Assembly: GCA_965203485.1 (NCBI GenBank)
Contig: OZ241892.1
Coordinates: forward strand, 1,664,001 to 1,728,000
DNA length: 64,000 bases
Direction: 5' to 3'
Origin: Longimicrobiales bacterium
GTDB taxonomy: Bacteria > Gemmatimonadota > Gemmatimonadetes > Longimicrobiales > Gaopeijiaceae
Shown here: in pieces, positions 9,647-18,076 of the stretch
Layout of the letters: each line of letters begins with the position of its first letter
Position numbering within the stretch: the stretch's first letter is position 1
The notes under the pieces: model-generated
Seen by the model: the letters and a program-made list of their open reading frames with translations, nothing else
The model's database searches: none
What the model was told of the DNA's origin: nothing
Made by a program: the position numbers and the translations under genes

Positions 9647-10927
9647 TCACGCGCCGGGAGATATCTCTGCGAATCCCAGGACCGGGGCCAGCGCCTTCGG
9701 CAGGCGCACCGATCCGTCCGCCTGCAGGTGCGTCTCCAGGAGCGCCGCCATCAGCCGCGGCAACGCCAAGCCCGACCCGTTGAGCGTATGGACGTGCTCC
9801 GTCGCTTGGCCGGGGCGCGGGCGAAATCGAATGGAGGCCCGCCGTGCCTGGAAGTCCGTGAACGTCGTGCAGCTCGACACCTCCAGCCAACGCGCGACGC
9901 CGGGCGCCCAGACCTCGATGTCGTAGGTGAGCGAGGCGGAGAATCCCAGGTCCTCTCCGGCCAGCAGCACGATGCGATGCGGCAACCCCAGCGCCTCGAG
10001 TGCGCTGGCGGCCTCCGCGACCAGCTCGTCCAGCGCCCCGCTCGTCTCCGGACGCTCGAACCGCACGAGCTCGACCTTGTCGAACTGGTGCACGCGCAGC
10101 AATCCGCGCGTGTCCCTCCCAGCCGCCCCAGCCTCTCTGCGAAAGCAGGGCGAGTACGCGACATACTTTCTGGGGAGCGCGTCGCCTGCAAGTATTTCCT
10201 CGCGATGCAGGTTCGTGACCGACACTTCAGCGGTCGGAATCAGCCACAGGCCGCCGCGGTCCACCGAGTACGAGTCCTCGGCGAACTTGGGCAGCTGTCC
10301 CGTGCCCGTCATTGCATCCGCGGTAACCAAGTACGGCACCCGGACCTCGGTGTAGCCGTGCCGCGAAACGTGAAGCCGGATCATCCAGTCGATCAGGCCG
10401 CGCTGCAGGGCTGCCCCTGGCCCGCGGAGCACCGGAAAGCCGGACCCCGATATCTTCGCGCCCGCGGCAAGGTCCAGGACGCCCAGCGTCTCGGCGATTT
10501 CCCAGTGCGGGCGCGGCGCGACGCCCGGTTCGCCCGTCTCGCCCCACTGCCTTACGATCACGTTGGCGTCCTCGTCGCCGGCCGGAACGCTGGGATCCGG
10601 AAGGTTGGGAAGCCGGAGCAACAGTTCGGAGGCCGCTTCCGCCGCCTTTCCGGCGCGCGCGTCCAGTTCGGCGATCCGCCTGCCCACCTCCCGCATGCGC
10701 TCGACCTCGGCACCCGCCCGGCGACCTGCCCGCTTGGCCTCCCCTATTTCCCTGGAGACGCGATTTCGCACGGCTCGAAGCTCGCTGGCCTCGCTGAGCG
10801 CCTTGCGCCGCTCCTCGTCGTGACGCAACAGCACGCCGATTTGGCGCGCGGCGTCCGTCGCGCCCTTGCGCTCCAGCGCCGCCGCGGCGCCCTGCGGATC
10901 GCGGCGCAACAGCCTGATGTCGAGCAT
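9647..10927 (-). CDS. serS: Seryl-tRNA synthetase
   Basis: MLDIRLLR N-terminal coiled coil, LIPTAEV, CFRREAG, HQFDKVE, EVSSC and HTLNGSGLA motifs. Confidence 0.97.
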   Translation of the reverse strand: MLDIRLLRRDPQGAAAALERKGATDAARQIGVLLRHDEERRKALSEASELRAVRNRVSREIGEAKRAGRRAGAEVERMREVGRRIAELDARAGKAAEAASELLLRLPNLPDPSVPAGDEDANVIVRQWGETGEPGVAPRPHWEIAETLGVLDLAAGAKISGSGFPVLRGPGAALQRGLIDWMIRLHVSRHGYTEVRVPYLVTADAMTGTGQLPKFAEDSYSVDRGGLWLIPTAEVSVTNLHREEILAGDALPRKYVAYSPCFRREAGAAGRDTRGLLRVHQFDKVELVRFERPETSGALDELVAEAASALEALGLPHRIVLLAGEDLGFSASLTYDIEVWAPGVARWLEVSSCTTFTDFQARRASIRFRPRPGQATEHVHTLNGSGLALPRLMAALLETHLQADGSVRLPKALAPVLGFAEISPGA

Positions 10928-10933
10928 CCAGCC

Positions 10934-11488
10934 TCAGCCGGGAGGAACCAGAGACCGGTTGTTGCAGGCCGGGCTGATGTCGTACTGCATGCGGATCGCG
11001 GCGCCCGGCACGTCGACATCCAGCGCCTGCATCTTGCCGTAGTACGTGCAGGTTCCGTATCCGCCCGCATGCCGCCGCGTGCGCAGAGCGTAGACCCGGC
11101 CGGGCTCCACCGGCAATGGACGGTTCCTCGCATAGCGCGCCGTGTCGGCGGGCGCAACCCTGGCAGCATCGAAGTTCGTCTCGTCGAGTTCAGCGATGCC
11201 CGCCTGCGACGTGATGCCGAGCACGCCGGGCGGCAACCACACGAAGCGTCCGCCGGCCGTGTCCACGGCAACATCCCATTGGCCCCCGGTCGAAGCCGCC
11301 TCGACGCGGACCGCGCGGCGCGGCACGGCGTCGAGAGCCGAGACGAGGTTGTGCTCGGGATGCGACAGCGCGAACAGCCGCAACGTGTCCGGGGACGGTT
11401 CCCACGGGAAGGCGAACGGATCGTCGCCGCATCCGTAGAGCGCGGCGGCCGAGACGGCTCCCAGAGCGAGGAGCGTGCGGGTCTTCAT
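10934..11488 (-). CDS. Putative lipoprotein of unknown function
   Basis: Signal peptide MKTRTLLALGAVSAAALYG-C with lipobox; ends 6 nt upstream of serS. Confidence 0.75.
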   Translation of the reverse strand: MKTRTLLALGAVSAAALYGCGDDPFAFPWEPSPDTLRLFALSHPEHNLVSALDAVPRRAVRVEAASTGGQWDVAVDTAGGRFVWLPPGVLGITSQAGIAELDETNFDAARVAPADTARYARNRPLPVEPGRVYALRTRRHAGGYGTCTYYGKMQALDVDVPGAAIRMQYDISPACNNRSLVPPG

Positions 11489-11768
11489 GCCTGAAAGCTG
11501 TTCGATCCGCCCGCCTGCGGTCAACCGTCCGGCCGTGCGCAAGCCGCTCGCGGCCGCCTGCGGCTGCAACCGGACGGCGGACGCCGGCCCCAAACGCGCG
11601 GAGCGGCCAGACGCTTCCGACCCGCCCCAACCCCCCCCCCAACAGCCGCCCACGTCCGCCCGCCAGAACGCACGCGGCGATATCGTTCATGGCTTCGATG
11701 CCGAGTTGCGGCTTTGGCGCCACCGCCCCCCGGGGCGCGCAGGACTCCGAGCCCGCATATTGGAGGAC

Positions 11769-12860
11769 ATGACGACCCGAGCACGCGACAGCGCTTCGGC
11801 GGCGGGCGGCCTGGGCGAGCGCCTCTGGGCAACCGTGCTCGCCGGCGGCGTCGGCTCCCGGTTCTGGCCGGCGAGCACTCCGGCCCGTCCCAAGCAGCTT
11901 TTGCCCCTGGCTGGTCCCGACCCTCTGGTGGCGGACGCCCTCCGTCGCGCGAAGAAGCTTGTGCCGCCCGAGCGGTTGCGCGTCCTGGCGCCCCGCCGCC
12001 TCGTGCAGGCGATCGCCGCGGCGACCGGACTGAGCGACGACGCGTTCGTCGTGGAGCCCAGGCCGCGAGGTACCGCGCCCGCGTTGGTGCAGGCCGCTTG
12101 GGAGATCGCGCAGGCCGACCCGCGCGCCGTGTTGGTGTCGCTTCACGCGGACCAGCTGGTGCGGCCCGGCGCCGCGTTCCGGGAGACCGTGCTCGCGGGC
12201 GCCGAGATCGCCGTGCGCGAAGGTCTGCTCATGACCGTCGCGTCGCGCCCCGACCGCCCGGAGACGGGCTACGGCTACATCCGTCCCGGCTCGGCGCTCG
12301 ACGCTCCCACGGGAGCCCATGCCTACCGCGTGGACGAGTTCGTCGAGAAGCCTCCGGAGCCCGAGGCGTCCAGGCTGAAGGCGGACGGCGCGCGCTGGAA
12401 CACGGGCATCTTCATCTGGACCGCGAAGGCGTTCCTCGACGAAGCCGCCGCGCGGTCTCCCGAGATCGCCGTTGCGCTGCCCGAGCTGGAACGTGGAGAC
12501 GCGGCGGCCTTTTTCGAGCAATGCGCCGCGATCTCCGTGGACGAAGCGGTGCTCCAGCGCAGCCCAAGGGTGGGCGCAGTGGACGCGTCGTTCCACTGGG
12601 ACGACGTGGGCAGCTGGGAGTCGCTGGCGCGGACCCGCGGCGCCGACCGCAGAGGCAACGTCTGCCAGGGAGACGTGGTCGCGTCCGGCGCGTCGCGCAA
12701 CATTGCCGTGGCCGTGGAAGGCCAAGTGGTGCTCCTGGGCGTGGAGGGCATGCTCGTGGTGCGCACGGGCGACACGACGCTGGTGATGCCCCGCGAGGAG
12801 TCCCCGAACCTGAAGGCATACTTGGACGCGTTGCCGGAACTTCGCGAGGAAGAGGGGTGA
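11769..12860 (+). CDS. manC: Mannose-1-phosphate guanylyltransferase
   Basis: LAGGVGSRFWPAS..RPKQLL, EPRPRGTAPA, PETGYGYI, FVEKP, WNTGIF and WDDVGSW motifs. Confidence 0.92.
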   Translation: MTTRARDSASAAGGLGERLWATVLAGGVGSRFWPASTPARPKQLLPLAGPDPLVADALRRAKKLVPPERLRVLAPRRLVQAIAAATGLSDDAFVVEPRPRGTAPALVQAAWEIAQADPRAVLVSLHADQLVRPGAAFRETVLAGAEIAVREGLLMTVASRPDRPETGYGYIRPGSALDAPTGAHAYRVDEFVEKPPEPEASRLKADGARWNTGIFIWTAKAFLDEAAARSPEIAVALPELERGDAAAFFEQCAAISVDEAVLQRSPRVGAVDASFHWDDVGSWESLARTRGADRRGNVCQGDVVASGASRNIAVAVEGQVVLLGVEGMLVVRTGDTTLVMPREESPNLKAYLDALPELREEEG

Positions 12861-14098
12861 GCTTTCGGTTCTTGATGGCGGCCGACGGCGCGGCGCGTTC
12901 CTGGGTTCCCTTCGGGCTCACGCGGCCCGTCGGCGAGCTCCTCTTCGGCGTGGAGACGCTGCGGGCTCGGTGCGAGCGGATCCTGGGCGTCCGCTGCGAG
13001 GGGCACCTCGGCTGCGCGGCGCTGGCTGGATTCGAGGAGCCGGGCGCGCCGCCCTGCTTGGCCGAGCCCCCCGGCCCGGAGGCTCCCGGCCAAGCAGGCA
13101 CCCTGGTGCTCTCCGGCCGCTTGGCTCCCGAGGAGGACGCCTTCGCCGCGCTCCTCGCGCGCGGCGAGAGGAGCCTGGGGCCAGCCCCGGCCGCGCTCTT
13201 CGCGGGCAACGAGATTGCCGGCGTCTGGTTGCCGGCCGGCACGGCCGTGGCCGACGACGCGCTGTCGCCGCCCCCCAAGTGGCCCCGGATTCCCGTGAAC
13301 GGCGACGTCCTGGACTCCGTCTGGCAGCTGATGACGGCCAACGGCGCCCGCATCGCCGCCGACGCCGAGCGCTTTCCGGACCGGGGCACGCCGCCGGGGA
13401 CCCACCGCGTCGGCCCGCACCGCCTTGCCGTTGCCGACGGCGTCCGCGTCGACCCCGGCGTGGTCTTCGATCTCTCGGAAGGACCGGTGGCGCTCGACGA
13501 GGGCGTTCGCGTCCGCGCTTTCTCCAGGATCGCCGGCCCGTGCTACGTCGGACCCGGGTCGGCGATCCTGGGCGGCGCGATCGCCCAGACAAGCATCGGT
13601 CCAGAGTGCAGGGTGCACGGCGAGGTCTCCACGTCCGTGCTGCTCGGCTTCGCCAACAAGGCTCACGCCGGCTTCCTCGGGCATTCCGTGGTGGGGCGAT
13701 GGGCCAACCTGGGCGCGGGCGCCACGAACTCGAATCTCAAGAACACTTACGGATCCGTTCGCTACGAGACCGGCGAGGGGTCTCTCGACACCGGGCTCGT
13801 CAAGGCTGGATGCCTATTGGGCGACCATGTGCGCGCCGGCATCGGCACGCTCTTCGACACGGGTTCCGTGATCGGCGCGGGCTCGTTCCTTTTCGGCGGC
13901 GCGATGGCGCCGAAGTGGACGCCGCCGTTCTCGTGGGCCGGACCGCTGACGGGCGAACTCGGCGAGTGCGACATCGACGCGTTCCTCCGGGCGGCCGGAC
14001 GCGCGATGGCCCGTCGCGGCGTGCCGTTGAGCGACGGAATGCGCACCCTCTATCGCCGCGCCTTCGCGGATACTCGGCCACGGCCAACCCCGAGCTGA
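12857..14098 (+). CDS. GlmU-like putative sugar nucleotidyltransferase/acyltransferase with left-handed beta-helix
   Basis: GTGA overlap with manC stop; PFGLTRPVGELLFG, hexapeptide repeats, NKAHAGFLGHS and WANLGAGATNSNLKNTY. Confidence 0.85.
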   Translation: MSFRFLMAADGAARSWVPFGLTRPVGELLFGVETLRARCERILGVRCEGHLGCAALAGFEEPGAPPCLAEPPGPEAPGQAGTLVLSGRLAPEEDAFAALLARGERSLGPAPAALFAGNEIAGVWLPAGTAVADDALSPPPKWPRIPVNGDVLDSVWQLMTANGARIAADAERFPDRGTPPGTHRVGPHRLAVADGVRVDPGVVFDLSEGPVALDEGVRVRAFSRIAGPCYVGPGSAILGGAIAQTSIGPECRVHGEVSTSVLLGFANKAHAGFLGHSVVGRWANLGAGATNSNLKNTYGSVRYETGEGSLDTGLVKAGCLLGDHVRAGIGTLFDTGSVIGAGSFLFGGAMAPKWTPPFSWAGPLTGELGECDIDAFLRAAGRAMARRGVPLSDGMRTLYRRAFADTRPRPTPS

Positions 14099-14304
14099 GA
14101 AAGCGCTTGCGGACCTCGCCGGCGAACCCGAGCGGGGCGGGCGAGGGATCGAAGCCCTCGCGGCGCCCGGACCACGGCTAGCGGCGGTCCTTGCGCTTTT
14201 CCGTACTGGGCAGCAGCAGCCGCGGCAATGCCACGCTGGCCACCAACGGCCGGACGCACGTCCTCGTCGACGCCGGGTTCAGCCGGGCGGAGACGCGCCG
14301 CCGA

Positions 14305-14308
14305 CTAG
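14305..14308. repeat. 4-bp target-site duplication CTAG, left copy (right copy 16053-16056)
   Basis: CTAG directly abuts both IS ends; removing one copy with the IS restores the host reading frame. Confidence 0.9.
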
Positions 14309-16052
14309 GAGCCTGTAGCGCATAGCTCGTTTCTTCTTGTGGCGGGATGTGGCGGGGGGGCAATATTGGGGGTGTGCGGGGGAGGCGAGCGATTCTTCAA
14401 CGGGGGGGTCGAGTGAAGAAGCAGTACCAGGCGTGGAGGCTGGACCAGCTGTACCTGATGCCGCCGTCGATGCGGGACTGGTTGCCGGAGGACCACTTGG
14501 TGTGGTTCGTATTGGACGTGGTGTCGGAGCTGGACATTTCGGGGATCGAGGCGGCGGTTCAGGCGAAGGACGCGCGGGGCCAGCGGCCGTACGATCCGAG
14601 GATGATGGTGGCGTTGCTGGTGTACGCGTACAGCTCGGGCGTGTACTCGTCGCGGCGCATGGCTCGGGCGTGCCGGGAGCATGTGGCGTTTCGTGTGCTG
14701 ACGGGCAACGCGGAGCCGCACTTCACGACGATCAACGAGTTTCGCCGTGTGCACCGCAAGCGCTTCGAGCGCTTGTTCGTGGAGGTGCTGAAGCTGTGCG
14801 GGGCGGCGGGGCTGGTGAAGCTGAAGCACGTGGCGGTGGACGGGACGAAGGTCGAGGCGAACGCGAGCAAGCACAAGGCGATGAGCTATGCGCGCATGGT
14901 GGCCGAAGAGAAGCGGTTGGCCGAGGAGGTGGCGCGGATGCTGGCGGAGGCGGAAGCGGCGGACCGGGCCGAGTCGCAGGGGGAGGGAAGCGCGGAGGGA
15001 TTGCCGGAGGCGCTGAGCCGGCGCGAGGGCCGGCTGGCGCGGATCCGGGAAGCGAAGGCGCGATTGGAGGACGAGGCGCGGCGGGCGCGGGCGCGCAAGT
15101 TGCGGGCACAAGCGCAGGGCATGGAGCGGACGGCGGCGCGCTGTGGGAGTTCGGTCGTGGCGAAGGGATTGCGCACGAAGGCGGCGCGGCGGCGGGCGCG
15201 TGCGGACGCGCTGGACCCGCAAGGCGGCGCGTCCGCGAGCGAGCCGGGACAGTTGCCGCGCAAGGAGACGCCGGCGACGCCGGGCGGGCGACCGGTCGGC
15301 GGGGCGCAATGCAACTTCACGGACCCGGAGAGCCACATCATGATGGGGGCGCACGGATTCGTGCAGGCGTACAACGCGCAACTGGCGGTCGACGACGCCG
15401 CGCAGGTCGTCGTGGCGCACGGCGTGACGAACCAGCCGGCCGACTGCCGCAATCTGGAGCCGGTGCTCGAGCGGGCCAGGGCGAACCTGGGCGAGGCGCC
15501 GGCGAACGCGACGGCCGACGCCGGATACTGGCGTCCGGGCGTCGAGGCGCAAGCGCGCGCCCTGGGGACGGAGGCCTGGGTCGCGACGGCGCGCAAGCCC
15601 CAAGGGACATCTCCGAAAACGGACGCCGCCGCGCGGCAGGACGCGTCGCCACGGGAGCGGATGCGGGCCCGGGTCGCCAGCGAGGACGGACGAGCGTTGT
15701 ACGCGCGCCGCAAGGCCGTCGTCGAGCCGGTCAATGGCCAGATCAAGCAGGCGCGCGGCTTTCGGCGCTTCTCGTTCCGAAGACTCGAGGCGGTCGAGGC
15801 CGAGTGGGCGCTGGTCTGCGCCTGCCACAACCTGCTCAAGCTCTTCGCGAACCGTACGCCCCCCAGGCGTCGTGCGCCCAAACGCGACGCTCCGCACGCC
15901 CCGCGCGCCCTTTCCCGCCCAAAATCGGCCTCGCGTCGTCCGTTGCACGCCCGCCGACGCCCCATGCCGCCCATCGCCCGACCCGTCCGCCTAACGCCTG
16001 CCCGCCGCCCCGTCTGCTACGCCCCGGCCCCTTCCCTACGGCCTACAGACTC
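14309..16052 (+). mobile_element. IS1182-family insertion sequence, 1744 bp
   Basis: Imperfect terminal IRs GAGCCTGTAGCGCATAG (left) vs GAGTCTGTAGGCCGTAG (right, reverse-complemented), 13/17 identical; flanked by CTAG at 14305-14308 and 16053-16056; single DDE transposase. Confidence 0.92.
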
Positions 16053-16056
16053 CTAG
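14413..16056 (+). CDS. IS1182-family DDE transposase
   Basis: QLYLMPPSMRDWLPEDHL, YDPRMMVALLVYAY, VAVDGTKVEANAS, NFTDPES, ADAGY, RRKAVVEPVNGQIK and HNLLKL motifs. Confidence 0.93.
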   Translation: MKKQYQAWRLDQLYLMPPSMRDWLPEDHLVWFVLDVVSELDISGIEAAVQAKDARGQRPYDPRMMVALLVYAYSSGVYSSRRMARACREHVAFRVLTGNAEPHFTTINEFRRVHRKRFERLFVEVLKLCGAAGLVKLKHVAVDGTKVEANASKHKAMSYARMVAEEKRLAEEVARMLAEAEAADRAESQGEGSAEGLPEALSRREGRLARIREAKARLEDEARRARARKLRAQAQGMERTAARCGSSVVAKGLRTKAARRRARADALDPQGGASASEPGQLPRKETPATPGGRPVGGAQCNFTDPESHIMMGAHGFVQAYNAQLAVDDAAQVVVAHGVTNQPADCRNLEPVLERARANLGEAPANATADAGYWRPGVEAQARALGTEAWVATARKPQGTSPKTDAAARQDASPRERMRARVASEDGRALYARRKAVVEPVNGQIKQARGFRRFSFRRLEAVEAEWALVCACHNLLKLFANRTPPRRRAPKRDAPHAPRALSRPKSASRRPLHARRRPMPPIARPVRLTPARRPVCYAPAPSLRPTDS

Positions 16057-16840
16057 CTCTCGCCGGCTTGGCTCCGGGCGACCTCGCCGCGATCGTGCTC
16101 ACTCACGAGCACGGCGACCATGCGCGCGGATCGGGCGTGCTTGCCCGGGCCGACGGCATTCCACTGTGGATGACGGCGGGGACGCGCGACGCCGCGCGCC
16201 GGTTCCTCCGCGGCGCGGAGACCGTCCACGACCTGCGCCCCGGCCGCGAGGCGCGCATTGGCGACTTCGCGATTCTGCCCTTCGCCACGCTCCACGACGC
16301 CGCCGAGCCCGTTGCCGTGGTCGTGGAGGATCGCGCCACCGGCATCCGCTTGGGCGTGGCCACCGACCTGGGCAGGCCGACAGCGCAGGCCCGCCACTTC
16401 CTGCAGGGCTGCGACGGTCTGGTCGTCGAAGCCAACTACGAGGAACGCCTGCTCTGGACGCAGGCTCCGTATCCGGCTTCCGTGAAGAACCGGACCGCCT
16501 CCAGCCATGGCCATCTCTCCAATCACGCCGCTGCCGGCCTCCTGCGCGATCTTTGGAGTCCGCGCCTCCGCGCGGTCGTGTTGGCGCACGTGTCCGAGGA
16601 GGCCAACACGCCCGATTGCGCGAAGCGGACCGTCGAAGCGCCGTTGCGCAGGCAGGGATTCGTGGGCACGCTGCACGTCGCCGACGCGAGCCGGCCCACC
16701 CCGCTGATCGACTTGGCGGATTACGAGGGCGAAGCGCGCCGGGCGCAACCGTCGTTCCTGTAGCTTCCAGGGCGAGGCCAAGCGGCTCCCCGGCAGGGGC
16801 GCTCTCCGCGCGATGCCGGCCGCCGCCAAGCCGCAAGCCG

Positions 16841-18076
16841 ATGCAGACGCTCGAAGACTCGATCTACGCCGACCACGCCGCCACGACGCCGATTCGCCCC
16901 GAAGTGGCGCGCGTCATGGCCGAGTGCCGCGACCACGCTTTCGGCAATCCGTCGAGTTCCCATCGCTGGGGCAGGTGGGCGAGGCGGCGGCTGGACGAAG
17001 CGCGAGAAGAGGCGGCAGCCGCGCTGGGCACGCGCCCCGACCGCGTCTTCTGGACGCGCGGGGGCACGGAGTCCGCGAACATCGCCGTCCTGGGCCGGAT
17101 GAGACGCGTTCGCTGGGCGGGCGACGGCCGCGGTCGGGCGGTCGCGACTTCGTCCGTGGAGCACCCGGCGGTGACCGAGGCGGCCAAGCAGGCCGAAGCG
17201 GAGGGGGCCGAGCGCATTGGCATCGCCGTCGACGACGGGGAGCTGGACATGGACGCGCTCGATCGAGCCCTGACGCGACGAACGGCGCTGGTTTCGTGCA
17301 TGTGGGTCAACAACGAGACGGGTCTTCGCCTGCCGGTGGACGAGGTCGCCGCCAGGTGCCGGCGCGCAGGCGTGCCGCTGCACAGCGACGCCGTGCAGGC
17401 CGTCGGCAAGATCCCGGTTCGCCTCGACCAGACGCCCGTGGACATGCTGACGATTGCCGGACACAAGATCTACGGCCCGCGCGCCGTCGGGGCGCTCCTG
17501 GCGCCGGCGGCCGACTTCCTGCAACCGCTTCACTACGGCGGCGGCCAGGAGCGCGGGTTGCGCCCCGGCACCGAGGACGTGGAGGGAGCCGCCGGAATGG
17601 CCGAGGCGCTGCGGCTGGCGGCGGCCGAGGCGTCCACTGAATCGGCCCGGCTCGAGGCGTTGCGGACCGCCGTGGAGTCGCGCCTGCGGCCGCGCGTGCA
17701 CGGACTGCGGATAGTGCACGCCGACCGGCCGCGTGCTCCTCACGTCTCGTCGCTGGCGATTCCCGACACCGACACGGACACGTTGTTGGCCGCCCTGGAC
17801 ATGGCAGGCGTCGCGGCGTCCTCGGGCTCGGCGTGCGCGAACGGCGCGGGCGGGCCGAGGACCGCCCGCCCGCCCAGCGCCCAACGGGAAGCGACGCTTC
17901 GCCTGAGCTTCGGGAGGCTCACCGGCGAGCGGCACGTCGATCGGATCGTAGAGTCCGTGGCTGAGGCGGCGGGGCTCGCGCGGGAAATTGGCCGGACGCC
18001 TCCGTCCGAGCTGTCCGACGACGCAACTGCGGCCCAGGCGGACGCGGGCGCGCCGGGCCGCGAGGACGGGCCGTGA
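16841..18076 (+). CDS. iscS: Group I cysteine desulfurase (IscS/NifS-like)
   Basis: YADHAATTP, GNPSSSH, GGTES, VNNETG, HSDAVQ, AGHK and SSGSAC motifs; coupled to mnmA. Confidence 0.9.
   Translation: MQTLEDSIYADHAATTPIRPEVARVMAECRDHAFGNPSSSHRWGRWARRRLDEAREEAAAALGTRPDRVFWTRGGTESANIAVLGRMRRVRWAGDGRGRAVATSSVEHPAVTEAAKQAEAEGAERIGIAVDDGELDMDALDRALTRRTALVSCMWVNNETGLRLPVDEVAARCRRAGVPLHSDAVQAVGKIPVRLDQTPVDMLTIAGHKIYGPRAVGALLAPAADFLQPLHYGGGQERGLRPGTEDVEGAAGMAEALRLAAAEASTESARLEALRTAVESRLRPRVHGLRIVHADRPRAPHVSSLAIPDTDTDTLLAALDMAGVAASSGSACANGAGGPRTARPPSAQREATLRLSFGRLTGERHVDRIVESVAEAAGLAREIGRTPPSELSDDATAAQADAGAPGREDGP

Larger units (their letters stand above)
14191..16763 (+). pseudogene. MBL-fold metallo-hydrolase (YycJ/WalJ-like) interrupted by IS
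   Basis: 5' part 14191-14308 (TTG, RFSVLGSSSRGNATL..VLVDAGFS) joins in frame to 3' part 16057-16763 (THEHGDH, HDAAEP, ATDLG, EANY, GHLSN, LAHVS) once the IS and one CTAG are removed: 825 bp, 274 aa. Confidence 0.92.
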
